A stretch of DNA of 64,000 nucleotides from a virus. Positions 16,601 through 24,742 of this stretch are shown one piece after another; the first letter of the stretch is position 1; the number at the start of each line of letters is the position of its first letter. A program made the translations under genes and the position numbers. The notes under the pieces are model-generated. The model was not told the DNA's origin. It made no database searches and saw only the letters and a program-made list of their open reading frames with translations. The DNA is taken from the IMG/VR virus record IMGVR_UViG_3300048848_000129, positions 4,996 to 68,995 of that record. One strand, given 5' to 3'.

Positions 16601-19033
16601 GGACAAAGCGTCACCCCCCTGCCCCCGTAGTTGTGGAAATACGGGTTGTTGGGGTTGCCGCACCGGTCCTTGACGTTGCTCCACAGCTTGTACAGCGGGT
16701 GTCGACTCAGCCCGTGTTCCTGGTACCGCGTTCGCACTGCGCACTCCTCTTGCTTGAGCGGCAGGCAACTTCGATTGCTCCCGATCCGCCGCCCAGTTTC
16801 TGAACTCCTCGATGGACATCTCCGTGACCGGTCCCACCTTCCAGCCAGCGTCGAAGTTCGATCGGTATGCCCGCAGGGCCGCAAGCCGGTTCGGGAAACC
16901 CAGCATCGCCTTCACTTCGTCGAAGCCGCCGGTCTGCTGGTCCAGTTGGTCGACGACGAACACCTTCTGGCTCTCCGGCTTCGGGCCGACGTACACATCG
17001 ACCTGGTCGCCGTCGGCGCCCTCGGTGCGGCGGATGTAGCCGTAGTGGTCGCTCATCTCGTGCGACCAAGCTGTTCCGTCGGGACCGGTGCCGCTGCGCG
17101 TGCTGCCCTTCGGGTTCTCGACGCTGATGTCCATCCCGGCCACCTTGATTCGGCCCTTCTTGTAGTTGCCCGCCTCTTTCTGCGCCTGCGTCGGCTCGGG
17201 CAGATCGTTGATCGGCGACGTGGCCGCGGCATGCGCGGCCTGGTCCAACGGCGTGGTCGGCGCAGGCAGCGCGCGCCGCGCTAGTGCCGCGCCAGCCCCT
17301 CCTGCTCTTAGAGCCAGATCACCTTGGCCAGGGGCCACAGCGGCTCCGGCAGCGGAACGGACTCCCGCCTCGGGTCCGCCGAGTTGCGGGCGTCCTGCAC
17401 CGCCCAGGCCTGGGCCAGCGTCAGCACGCTGTCCAGCACCATCTTTTGCAGCCAGTCCTCCAGGCTCGCCAGTTGCGCCATCAGCAGCTCCTTCGATACG
17501 GCGGACGTTCCAGCCGCCTTCCACACGCACGGGCTCATGGCCGGCGCCAGCCTCGCGCGCCAGCTTGCCGGCGCGAATGCGGTTCGTCGGTTGAGGCAGC
17601 AGGTCGACGGGCCGGGCCACACCGTCGGCGCCCAGCTCCAGCGTCTCCCCTCGCGCTGGCCCAGGCTTCACCTGCTCCACTGGCGTGAGCGGCGGCATGC
17701 CAAGGTCGGCGCGGCGCTGCGCTTCGGTTTCTTCCACGGCCTGCTGCTCGCCCAGTACCTGCTGGCGGTTGATGGCTTCCGCGCGGGTCTCCTGCCGCAC
17801 GGTGCCGTCGGCGTCCGCGATCAGCGTGTCGGTGGGCGCGGTGTCGTAGGCCAGCGCGGGCGGCGCGGCGTACTCGAGCGCGGGCTGCAGCTCGGGCGCC
17901 GGGAACGGCGCGGCGGCCGGCGCGTCTTCGCTGTTGCGGCCCTGGCCCATGGCACCCGTTTCCATGGGGCCCGGCGCGTCGCGCTCGGCCTGGCGCTGAT
18001 CGGCAGTGCGTGCGGTCCCATCGCCGTCCACGGTGACGGTGGGTGCCGGCAGCGCCAGCGTGGCGCCGTTGTCCACGGCCGTGGCCGCCGCGGCCGACAA
18101 GGGGCCAGCGTTCGGATCCAGGCCCATGCGCCGCGACGGCGGCACCGCGCCAGCGCCTGCGCCCATGACACCACCGGCCAGCGAGCCCTCGACGACGTTG
18201 CGCGCCATGCCCTCGGTCAGGTCCTTGCCCTCGGCCCAGTTCTGCGCGCCCTGCTCCACCGCGGACTGCGCCGCTTCTTCGGCCGCTTCATGCGCAGCGC
18301 CGCTGGCAACCCGGCCGGCCACGCCCGGCGTGCGCGCTGCCTGCGCGATCGCGCCGCCGGCCAGTGTGGTGTCGATGTCGCGCACGCCCATGCGCGCGGC
18401 AATGCGGCCGCCGACGGCGCCAGCTGCAGCACCAGCAGCACCGGTGCCCAACGCCGCCAACGCGGCCTTCTGCGGGTCCACCTGGTCGTCAATCTGGTCC
18501 ATCTGCTGGCCAGCCATGACGGCGCCCTCGCCCAGCGCGGCGCGCGCCGGCGCCGAAGCCAGGCCGGCCAGGCCAGCCACGCGCCCGGCGACGCCGCCGG
18601 CCACGATGCTGGGCACGCTCTGCACGACGTTCAGCGCCGTGGCGCGCGGGTTGCGCAGGTAGGCGCCGGCCACGTCCAGCGCGCCGGCGTTCGGGTCGGC
18701 CCAGGCCTGGTCGATGTCGGCGCGCGCGGCCTGCGTCTCCGGCGAGTACTGCTGCGCGGTCTCCAGCGCCCACTTGCCGGGCTGGAAGCCGGTCACCTCG
18801 CCCAGGCGTTCGGCGGAGCGCGACACCGGCCGGTTCATGCCGGCCAGGCTCAGCGGGATGTCGGCCAGGCCGGTCAGCGCGCCGGGCAGCTGCTGCACGC
18901 CCTGCTTGAGCGCCGTGCCGAAGTCCGACATCAAGCCCTTGTTGGAGGGCGGCGCCATGGTGCCGGACTCCCAGTCGGGCTCGGCTGCGGCCGGTGGGGC
19001 CATCTGGCCCTTTTCCCAATCGATTTCAGCCAT
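10643..19033 (-). CDS. Giant polyvalent internal virion/ejection protein (2796 aa): inorganic-pyrophosphatase-like, LPD5/LPD1-like with HExxH, second zincin, LPD3-like and LPD38-like domains
   Basis: PTQAQKEAGNYKKG..HYGYI..DGDQVDVY..FDEVK; EDIGEKIGGARKD; GVEFGNW..LAHEWFHALD; HELAARAF; HEALGHAGL..EEVLAE; YLHSV; WWFK..FRIPKPFELG. Confidence 0.85.
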   Translation of the reverse strand: MAEIDWEKGQMAPPAAAEPDWESGTMAPPSNKGLMSDFGTALKQGVQQLPGALTGLADIPLSLAGMNRPVSRSAERLGEVTGFQPGKWALETAQQYSPETQAARADIDQAWADPNAGALDVAGAYLRNPRATALNVVQSVPSIVAGGVAGRVAGLAGLASAPARAALGEGAVMAGQQMDQIDDQVDPQKAALAALGTGAAGAAAGAVGGRIAARMGVRDIDTTLAGGAIAQAARTPGVAGRVASGAAHEAAEEAAQSAVEQGAQNWAEGKDLTEGMARNVVEGSLAGGVMGAGAGAVPPSRRMGLDPNAGPLSAAAATAVDNGATLALPAPTVTVDGDGTARTADQRQAERDAPGPMETGAMGQGRNSEDAPAAAPFPAPELQPALEYAAPPALAYDTAPTDTLIADADGTVRQETRAEAINRQQVLGEQQAVEETEAQRRADLGMPPLTPVEQVKPGPARGETLELGADGVARPVDLLPQPTNRIRAGKLAREAGAGHEPVRVEGGWNVRRIEGAADGATGEPGGLAAKDGAGQRADAGPGLGGAGRPQLGGPEAGVRSAAGAAVAPGQGDLALRAGGAGAALARRALPAPTTPLDQAAHAAATSPINDLPEPTQAQKEAGNYKKGRIKVAGMDISVENPKGSTRSGTGPDGTAWSHEMSDHYGYIRRTEGADGDQVDVYVGPKPESQKVFVVDQLDQQTGGFDEVKAMLGFPNRLAALRAYRSNFDAGWKVGPVTEMSIEEFRNWAADREQSKLPAAQARGVRSANAVPGTRAESTPAVQAVEQRQGPVRQPQQPVFPQLRGQGGDALSGVAGQFSRVPGRRGIEAEPSALARQDQERPAVPAGQRAVGNQEGAGTQPAEERAAVARRPNSDTGGVGRGGRAGSVDAPLPDQPRRNDEGTGPNRTATWRSAANAGGGGVAPGAIEDIGEKIGGARKDAATRGTAAATAKPRRTNDDDRPAWARRFKIDQIAKSMRAGEEGRWVVRDGRSQDRLGQDRQLGRQSFATREEAEAALPALAVAMKHRPVPLAAGQWEIWRDVTDRKRVKVVDQTFDSREAAQAFMANNAAAIIETNTTFGEADLPVPENKRREGPERRQGDVDGQAFRDTFGFRGVEFGNWNNQAERQELMNEAYDGLLDLAEVVGIPPRAISLNGDLALAFGARGQGLNSARAHYEQERAVINLTKMKGAGALAHEWFHALDHYLGRQDGKAAAQWTTQADGTRTLKALGGEFDMASGGFSRRDSGVRAEVREAYEHVMRTMVYKAERFVQDSAKAEAFVAQTREQVARSLDGIRKDLASEKTYGQRFTKPATPEQLGAFDALAKPIVDGVALETEARASGTASKGRLTGWRWTNDALEQISAIYKAVRGRSGFDSTNRNGTLDGLRDHMGRYSQRLKMLADAQKEATAERRVPTDFAMDARSLDQGRGSDYWTTPHELAARAFQGYVEDRIAERGGRSPFLNHAPEGAAILTPWGWKRPYPAGRERVEINAAFDRMLGVLEARTADDGNVVLSSASGAGAQAARAASPRVAEIRRAVEQTVAGWKNAPPVIVVANPSAAGVHPRVREHYTRPGAVVPNGSFYGGTVYLFTDFLQDSAEAQRVLFHEALGHAGLRGFFGPALNSVLDQVATARAEQVRAKAADYGFDVGNQRQRRMAAEEVLAELAEQNPQLPLVRRAIAAIRTWLRENIPALGGLALSDAEIVRNFLLPARGFIERGPAAERVPSSAVPVSARAISAAVSAVPDAEKARFLQGAAIMDLPGSQAPKGYPALRAWATKLFEDAGGKATHPVLGDVVLDGRAVKDSMGHRMSPFKAEAFAAVPAVLREGKVVLSATEGRVDSHYVSAPVKVQGVDDIVTVLVRRDPNSQRMYLHSVATKESLLKPLNSEAGSAEAVPEQNGRWRPGDAPIVRGAQERQAPRRAWDSGADAGGSVERSGKVTSGEVASVLRELLSMKLDGPDADAPMSSKAAAGTAMGAMSPAQEAAWKRVAQLRQVPTLKERFDALRANLGTKVRQGVLDQFAPIKEISAEAYMQARLSKGSDGTMEAALMYGRPFLRDGAPDVDVKDGGFAQVLASLKGEHDRFLMWVAAHRAERLQAEGKENLFTSQDIGALKTLNAGRFDDGTARTPVYAKALRDLNAFNDSVLAMAEQSGLIDPEARALFKDQPYVPFYRVMEEGDMKGPKFSSGLVNQQAFKKLKGGSQQLNADLLENMLLNWSHLYSAAARNRAAQATMDAAERLAVAHQVPDGTKGAVRVLRAGVAEHWAVEDPYLLDAVAALHYTPSPLMKPLAAMKNILTYTVTVNPTFKIRNLIRDSLSAISQADLSYNPLRNVAGGWKATAADSQIYASMLASGGTIRFGTQENSARLRAQVEKLGGQVLDKEGWRKLADQVRTVWGAYEEFGDRMENVNRGALYEQLVKKGRSHAEASFMARDLMDFSLSGAWPTVRLLGQSVPFFNARLQGLYKLGRAAAEDPRRFGTMAAAVSLASLGLMAAYQDDDDWKKREDWDRDAYWWFKVGGTAFRIPKPFELGAIGTIAERSAELLFNDEMTGKRFGKRISDMVFGTFAMDPTPQIIKPLLDVYANKDSFTGRAIEGMSDERLRPQDRSGERTTEVARFLGQLGLPDPVQLAKGEYSGLSPKQIDFLLRGYFGWVGTTAAQLGDRALRPAMDRGERPAMELRDAFVAGNFVESLPSGSSRYVTQLYDRAREVDQAYASYRDALKRGDTEKAAQIREEEGGNLLARRRVTHAKEQLAKINQQARMVEASRTLSADEKRVRLDEIEERRNRVAQTASVQ
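16270..16737 (-). CDS. HNH-like (homing-endonuclease family) protein nested in the +1 frame of the giant gene
   Basis: GAGGAG 6 nt before GTG; HGLSRHPLYKLW..RC.NPN..YGGRGVTLCPEWRDSF..SLDRIKN..YQPGNVQWAT..Q.RN; C-terminal TLAAWAEEVGL..TLHYRI. Confidence 0.85.
   Translation of the reverse strand: MRTRYQEHGLSRHPLYKLWSNVKDRCGNPNNPYFHNYGGRGVTLCPEWRDSFPAFLAGVGSRPSLLHSLDRIKNDLPYQPGNVQWATKKEQARNQRKNVLLSHDGRTRTLAAWAEEVGLVPSTLHYRINQGGMTKAQALTVPRRGGRLPTPAGAA
17308..17481 (-). CDS. Nested 57-aa protein in the +1 frame of the giant gene
   Basis: AAGGAG 6 nt before ATG; MAQLASLEDWLQKMVLDSVLTLAQAWAVQDA..LPEPLWPLAKVIWL; the host frame reads as Gly/Ala linker here. Confidence 0.6.
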   Translation of the reverse strand: MAQLASLEDWLQKMVLDSVLTLAQAWAVQDARNSADPRRESVPLPEPLWPLAKVIWL

Positions 19034-19042
19034 GTATCGTCC

Positions 19043-20860
19043 TCAACGGGGAACCCACTTGGACCCGTCCCACGTGGCGGTGCGCCCGTTGACGGTGGAG
19101 GTCGTGCCGACCGGGCGCTGCTGGCCCCCGGCGGGTTGCGCGCCGCCCTGCTGCACGAACTGGCCGGTCTGGTTGTTGAACACCGACGACGCCTGCCGGT
19201 TGCCCATGTCGTCGGTGCCCCCCGGCACCACGGTGAAGCGCGGCGCCGGCGTGGACCCCTGCAGCGCCTGCAGCGTGGCCTGCGCCTGCGAGCGCGCCTC
19301 GGGCGTCTGGGCGTTCAGGAAGGCCTGCTGGGCCTGCAGCACATTGCCGCGCGTGCCGGCATCCAGCGCCGCAGCGCCAGCCTCGATGCCGAGCCGGCCT
19401 GCTGCCAGACGCTGCGCGGCTCCGTTGTTCTGGGCGGTGATGGCTTGGCCAGCGCGTTCCGTCTCCGCGCGGATGCCGGCCACGTCCGTGTCGCCGAGGT
19501 TGCGCATGCCGAGCTGCTGCACAGCCCCCAGGCGTTGCACCTCCGCCTGCGCCTGGGCGCGCGCCGGGCTGTTGACGATGCTGCTGGCCCCCGTCTGTGC
19601 GTTGCGCAGGTCCTGGCGGCTTTGCCAGTCGGTGCCTGGCGCCTGCCGATAGACCTGCGGCTGGGTGCCGCCGGGGATTTGCGCGGCGCCGAAGCCCAGG
19701 CCCGAACCGCCAGCGGCGGGTGCGCCCATGAAGCCGCCGCCGGGTTCGCGGCCGTTGACGGTGATGTCGCCGCGCACGGGCCCCGTGGCGCTGTAGCTGT
19801 TGCCCACGCGCGTGACGTTCGAGCCGCCGGGCTGCTGTGGCGTGAAGCCGGCCGGCGCTACCTGGGCCGCGCTGCTCAGCGCTCCAGCTGCGCCAGCAGC
19901 AGGCGCGCGCACTGGTGCGGGCGTGGGAGATGCGGCGGGCTGGGCGGGCGCCGCTGGGCTGCTGTCTGCGGCGTTGGCAATGCCGATCGCGCCGGCGACC
20001 GGTGTTCCGTAGGGCAGCGCCCCGGCCACCGCCCCGCGCACGCCGCTGGCGGCGGCGTCGAAGCCGCGCGCAGCTGCCAACGTGCGCACCGCGCCCAGCG
20101 CAGGCGCGGCACCAGGCAGCGCCGCCAGGGAGTTGCTGACGTTGCGGCCCAGCTCGGTGCTGTCGATGCGGTTGCCGTCGGGTGCAGGCCTGTACCCGGT
20201 GGTCGGGATCTGCTGCACGCCGCTCGGGCGCGCGGCGGCCGCGTCGCCGAAGCTGTTGGGGCGGCCCTGCTCGTCCTCCCCGACGACGCCGCCGGTGGCG
20301 AACGCAGGGGTGCCGCCCGGGATGGGCTTGAAGCCGGACGCGCCGCGCGTGGCCGCGCGCAGCGCATCGAGCGCCGCCTGGCCGACCTGCTGCACAACCT
20401 CGGGCGACACCGCTGCCTCACCATCCGACAGCAGCACGTCTTCGGTGGTGCTGGCGGGAAGGATGTGCGTTCCGCGCTCCATGCGCGCCGGGATGCTGTC
20501 GCTCGTGGCGGTGCCGGGGCCGTCGATCAAGTCGACCTGGCCAGGATCCACCGGCTCGACCTGGGCGCCGTCGCGCGCTGGTGGGCGCTTGCCGATCTGG
20601 CCGCCGGCCTTGAAGCCGGCCGCGGTCTCCGCCTCCTGCATGCGGCGATCGGCCGGGCCGGTGTTGGTCGGGCTGCGCGTCGGCATGCGCCGCGTGGCCT
20701 GCGGTGAGGCGGCCTGGTCGCCGCCCACGCGCTGGGCCGGATCGGCGTCGTTGGCACGGTCGGGGCCGAAGCCCAGGCCGCGCTGAACGCGGGTGCCGAC
20801 CTCGGCGAGGAGATCGCGCGCGCGCTGGTGTGGTTTGCTGCCTTGCATGTGCTGCCCCAT
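19043..20860 (-). CDS. Internal virion (ejection) protein
   Basis: Ala/Gly/Gln-rich; IDGPGTATSDSIPA motif; precedes the giant gene; start codon uncertain (20860 or 20848). Confidence 0.65.
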   Translation of the reverse strand: MGQHMQGSKPHQRARDLLAEVGTRVQRGLGFGPDRANDADPAQRVGGDQAASPQATRRMPTRSPTNTGPADRRMQEAETAAGFKAGGQIGKRPPARDGAQVEPVDPGQVDLIDGPGTATSDSIPARMERGTHILPASTTEDVLLSDGEAAVSPEVVQQVGQAALDALRAATRGASGFKPIPGGTPAFATGGVVGEDEQGRPNSFGDAAAARPSGVQQIPTTGYRPAPDGNRIDSTELGRNVSNSLAALPGAAPALGAVRTLAAARGFDAAASGVRGAVAGALPYGTPVAGAIGIANAADSSPAAPAQPAASPTPAPVRAPAAGAAGALSSAAQVAPAGFTPQQPGGSNVTRVGNSYSATGPVRGDITVNGREPGGGFMGAPAAGGSGLGFGAAQIPGGTQPQVYRQAPGTDWQSRQDLRNAQTGASSIVNSPARAQAQAEVQRLGAVQQLGMRNLGDTDVAGIRAETERAGQAITAQNNGAAQRLAAGRLGIEAGAAALDAGTRGNVLQAQQAFLNAQTPEARSQAQATLQALQGSTPAPRFTVVPGGTDDMGNRQASSVFNNQTGQFVQQGGAQPAGGQQRPVGTTSTVNGRTATWDGSKWVPR

Positions 20861-20876
20861 TCGAAGGATGGAGCGC

Positions 20877-20918
20877 ACGGTAGGGTTCGCGCGCGCAGGC
20901 GTCGAACCCTACTGGGGG
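20877..20918 (-). promoter_or_regulatory. Late-promoter motif containing an inverted second copy
   Basis: GTAGGGTTCG with TACCGT at the same 22-nt spacing; TAGGGTTCG...CGAACCCTA inverted repeat. Confidence 0.65.
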
Positions 20919-20922
20919 CGGG

Positions 20923-22809
20923 TCACAGCGCGATGGTGGTGTTCTCGGCGCCGGTGGCGCTGATGCCCGCGCTGGCGCTGACCGATGCGCCGACCGAGAT
21001 GCCAGCCATGGCGCCGGCGGCCATCGTGGCCGTGGCCTGGCCAGCCGACTTCAGCGCCTCGAGCTGCAGGCCGGCCGCCCGGATCATCTGCTCCATGTCG
21101 CTGATGTAGCGCCGGATCTCTACCTCGTACAGCGACAGCGCATTGCGCATGTTCGCCTCGGTGGCCTTGATCTGCAGCTCGACCTTCGTGCCCTCGACTC
21201 CGGCCTGGGCGGTGAACCGCGTGGTGTTGGCGCGGTGGGCTTCGGCGTTGGCCTGCACCACCGACACCTGGCCCTGCATCAAGGCCTTGTCCTTCTCCAG
21301 GTTGGCCACGTAGGCGCGCAGGCGCTGGTCGCTGATGGCCAGCTGCGTGCGCTGGTTGTTCATGGCGATCTCGGCGCGGGCGCTCTTGCCACTGACATAG
21401 GCCGCGTAGCCGCGGGCGCGCGACTCGACCATGCTAGCCTTGGCGGTCTCGCCCTTGATGCGCGACTCGTAGGCGTCGAAGCGCGTCTTGTCGGCCTGCA
21501 CCACCTCGGCATAGGCCTGCACTTCGCCCTTGAACACCTCGATCAGGTTGCGCTGCACATTGCTCTGCAGCTCGGCGCCGCTCATCTCGGTCTTGTAGAC
21601 CTCCAGGTCGGCCAGCAGCGCCTTGATCTGCTCGCCGTAGACCCGCACGCGCTGCTCGTTCACCTGACCTTTGGCGACCTCGGCATCCACCTGGGCGCGA
21701 AAGACCTGGATGGTGGCCAGGCTCGCCTCCAGCTTGGCCCGGAACACCGTGGCCTCGGTGGCGTAGGCCGACTGGCGCGCGTTGAAGATGGCGATGCGCG
21801 CGTTTAGCAGGGCCAGCTCGCTGTCCAGCTGGATCTTGGCGGCCTCGAATTCGCGCTGGGCCATGGCCGCCCAGATGCTCTCCAGCACCTGCTCGGCAGC
21901 GATGGCCTGCGTGCACGCGAAGCGCAGGTTCTCGATCTGCGTGTCGGCCACCTTGATCAGGATCTCGCGGCCCAGCGCCTGCTTGCGCAGCTGGCCGTCG
22001 GTGCGGATGGCGTCCAGGCGGCTGGCCATCATGCCGGGCGGCATGCTGAAGCCGCGGCCGCTGAACTCCACCGCGGCCGCGCTGATGTCGCGCGCCATGC
22101 TCATGTCCTCGCGGCTGGCCGCGCGCTCCCACAGCGCCTGCTCCACGGCTGGCGGCAGGCCAGTGCCGCCGTCCCACATGGCGCGCAGCTTGGCCATGGC
22201 CTCGTCCAGGATCTCGACCTGGTAGGGCGTCTCGGCCCACTGCAGCACCGTGCTGATGGCCGACTCCTGGAACTCCGGCGCCTGCGCCGTGAACACGGGC
22301 AGCAGCGGGAACTGGAACTCGGGGATGTTCACCTCAGCCAGCGCCGGCATGTTCGGCTTGTCCAGCACCGGCTTGCCGGGCAGCACGATCGCCGTCATCA
22401 CCGGCCTCTCGGGGATCGCGCCCAGCGGCGTGGGCTCGGGCGCGTCCGGCACCTGGATGGTCTCGAACCCGGGCACGAAGTCCTCGATGTTCTGGTCCGG
22501 CACCGGGTCGACGGTGCCCACGCCGAAGTCGCCGCGCGACACGGGCGTGATCTCGCCAAAGCTGGCCGTGCCCAGCTCGGGCAGGTTCATGTCGGCCCGG
22601 ATCTGCGTGGTGATCTCCGGCGGTGCCGGAATGGGCATGCTGGGTTGCAGACTCGGGATGAACCCGCTCATGGCGTCGATGCCCTGCAGCGCGGCGTCGC
22701 GCAGCTGGTCGGCCCGCACCATCGCGCTGTCCTGGCGAGACGTGACCCACTGCTGCAGTTCCTCGCCGCGCGAGACTGCTTCTTCAAAAATTCCGGTCAG
22801 TGCTGCCAT
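20923..22809 (-). CDS. Coiled-coil virion protein (628 aa)
   Basis: GGAGG RBS before MAALTG; long helical C-terminal half; FSGRGFSMPPG. Confidence 0.7.
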   Translation of the reverse strand: MAALTGIFEEAVSRGEELQQWVTSRQDSAMVRADQLRDAALQGIDAMSGFIPSLQPSMPIPAPPEITTQIRADMNLPELGTASFGEITPVSRGDFGVGTVDPVPDQNIEDFVPGFETIQVPDAPEPTPLGAIPERPVMTAIVLPGKPVLDKPNMPALAEVNIPEFQFPLLPVFTAQAPEFQESAISTVLQWAETPYQVEILDEAMAKLRAMWDGGTGLPPAVEQALWERAASREDMSMARDISAAAVEFSGRGFSMPPGMMASRLDAIRTDGQLRKQALGREILIKVADTQIENLRFACTQAIAAEQVLESIWAAMAQREFEAAKIQLDSELALLNARIAIFNARQSAYATEATVFRAKLEASLATIQVFRAQVDAEVAKGQVNEQRVRVYGEQIKALLADLEVYKTEMSGAELQSNVQRNLIEVFKGEVQAYAEVVQADKTRFDAYESRIKGETAKASMVESRARGYAAYVSGKSARAEIAMNNQRTQLAISDQRLRAYVANLEKDKALMQGQVSVVQANAEAHRANTTRFTAQAGVEGTKVELQIKATEANMRNALSLYEVEIRRYISDMEQMIRAAGLQLEALKSAGQATATMAAGAMAGISVGASVSASAGISATGAENTTIAL

Positions 22810-24725
22810 CAGATCCTCCGTTGCTTGCTGGGCACCACCTCGGCGGCGATGCTGTTGACCTCGAATGCGCACCCGGCCACGTTGCCCAGGCGGATGCGGT
22901 AGAAGCGTTCGTTCAGGCCCTTGCCGGGCTTCAAGCGGCTGTTGCGCGGCTCGCGGGCCGGCTGCCGCTGCAGCTTGTAGGTGTAGGCGGCATTGCCTTG
23001 CGTCTGCACCACCGCATCCAGGATGCCGTCGGCGCGGTAGCCGAACCAGAGCGCCACCAGGTGCTGCTTGTTCCACTGGTCGTTCTTGGGCAGGCCGGCG
23101 CGGTCGTAGCCGCTGAAGTCGGTGTAGCCCAGATCCAGCCCGGCCTCGATGTCGATGCCCTCGTCGAAGTCCTCGCCCAGCACCACCAGGCCATCCGGTC
23201 CCACGGCCACCACCGTGTCGCCCACCTGGGCCATGTCCTGGAATGCCCAGTTCTCGTACCAGGAAACGCCCGCGGTCTCGGTGTTCATCACCCAGGCGAT
23301 GAGGCCCTGCCCAGCCACCAGTGCCCGGTCGCGCACGCGGAAGCCTTCCTCGACCATGGCCACCGTGATGATCTGCACCTCGGTGGCGTCACCGATGGCC
23401 AGGCGCTCCTCGACCAGGCGCAGCGGCTCTGCGGAGCTGATGGCCACGGCATCGGCCACCGTGAATCCGTCCTCGGCCAGCACCGTCACGTGGATGCTGG
23501 CTGCGTCCAGCACGCGCAGGCCGCTCTCCACGGTCACGTTGCTGACCTGGGAGACCGCGCCGCGCAGGCGCAGGCCCTCCTCCACCGTGCGGCTGGTCGG
23601 CGGTGTGATCGTCGATCGCTCGGTCCCATCGGTCACCGTGAAGCCGTCGGCCACCATGCGGGCGCTGCCAACCATGACCCGCTCGCCCACGCGCAGCGTG
23701 CTGTCGAAGGTGCGGCCCACGCCGATCCGCACGCGCTCGAGCACGCGGAATCCGTCCTGCACCATGCGGGTGGCGTTGATGGTCTGGCCCATGGCCGCGT
23801 CGCGCACGCGGAACGCGTCGGAGACCATGAAGGTGTCGCCGCTCAACTCGGCCTCGCCGCCGATGACGAATCCGTCTGCCACCATGAGCAGGTCTGGCAC
23901 CTCCGCTGCGCCGGACAGGGCCGGCAGCTCAACCGACATCGGCGGCGCGAAAGCGATCTGGCGGCCTTGCGCGATCGAGTACAGCGGGGCCAGCTGGCCA
24001 GAGCCGAAATTGCCGGCCACGTCGGTGCCGCGGCCGCTCAGCGGTTGCAGCCAGCCGGTACCGGCGCTCACGTTGCGCGCACCGGTGGCTGTGGCCGTCA
24101 GCGGACTGAGCGCACCAGAGGCCATGTTCTGGCCGACCTGCAGCGCGCGGCCGACCAGCACCGACAGCTGGCCATCGCCGGCAGATCGGGGGCCAGCCCG
24201 GCCGGTCAGCGGCGCCATGGACCCGATGCCGCGCGCGACCAGGTCGCCGCCGTATCCGTCCAGTGGCGCCCATTCGCCGTTGCCCAGCGCGTTCAGGTGC
24301 GTGATGGAAGCGGTGATGACCCTGTCGCCCGTGCCGCGGAGAACGGCATCCAGATGCATCGGCGTGCCGGTCGACACCTGGCTCGTGGCCGCGTAGACCA
24401 CCTGGCCGGGCAGCTCGAAGGGCACGTCCGCCACGGCGCTGGGCTCGTCGCCGCGGCACAGGAAGACGCGCTGGCGGAAGCGCACCACGTGAAAGCGCTC
24501 AGTCCCCACCAGCGGGTCCAGCACCGCGCGCCGCACCGAGCCCTCGACAGCCCAGACGTTGGCCCCCGCGAACTCGAAGCCGGGGCTGGCCTCCTCGGGC
24601 AACGTGGTCGTGTCGGCCACCACCAGGCCCACGACGACACCGTCGATCGGCTCGGCCATGCTGAAGGAGAAATAGCCACTTCGAAGAGTGGCTACGCTGT
24701 GTGCACCTGCGGTCCAGTCGCTCAT
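22809..24725 (-). CDS. Repeat-containing tail protein (638 aa)
   Basis: G.G.L.PL.G repeats followed by V.(D/E)G(F/L).V.D repeats; C-terminal AWVMNTET domain. Confidence 0.7.
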   Translation of the reverse strand: MSDWTAGAHSVATLRSGYFSFSMAEPIDGVVVGLVVADTTTLPEEASPGFEFAGANVWAVEGSVRRAVLDPLVGTERFHVVRFRQRVFLCRGDEPSAVADVPFELPGQVVYAATSQVSTGTPMHLDAVLRGTGDRVITASITHLNALGNGEWAPLDGYGGDLVARGIGSMAPLTGRAGPRSAGDGQLSVLVGRALQVGQNMASGALSPLTATATGARNVSAGTGWLQPLSGRGTDVAGNFGSGQLAPLYSIAQGRQIAFAPPMSVELPALSGAAEVPDLLMVADGFVIGGEAELSGDTFMVSDAFRVRDAAMGQTINATRMVQDGFRVLERVRIGVGRTFDSTLRVGERVMVGSARMVADGFTVTDGTERSTITPPTSRTVEEGLRLRGAVSQVSNVTVESGLRVLDAASIHVTVLAEDGFTVADAVAISSAEPLRLVEERLAIGDATEVQIITVAMVEEGFRVRDRALVAGQGLIAWVMNTETAGVSWYENWAFQDMAQVGDTVVAVGPDGLVVLGEDFDEGIDIEAGLDLGYTDFSGYDRAGLPKNDQWNKQHLVALWFGYRADGILDAVVQTQGNAAYTYKLQRQPAREPRNSRLKPGKGLNERFYRIRLGNVAGCAFEVNSIAAEVVPSKQRRI

Positions 24726-24742
24726 GGCTGTTGCTCAGTTGG

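Noticed and set aside
16270-16790. Group I intron or intein around the nested HNH gene
   Set aside because: No room for ribozyme core elements, the endonuclease is out of frame with the host, and no intein splice motifs were seen.
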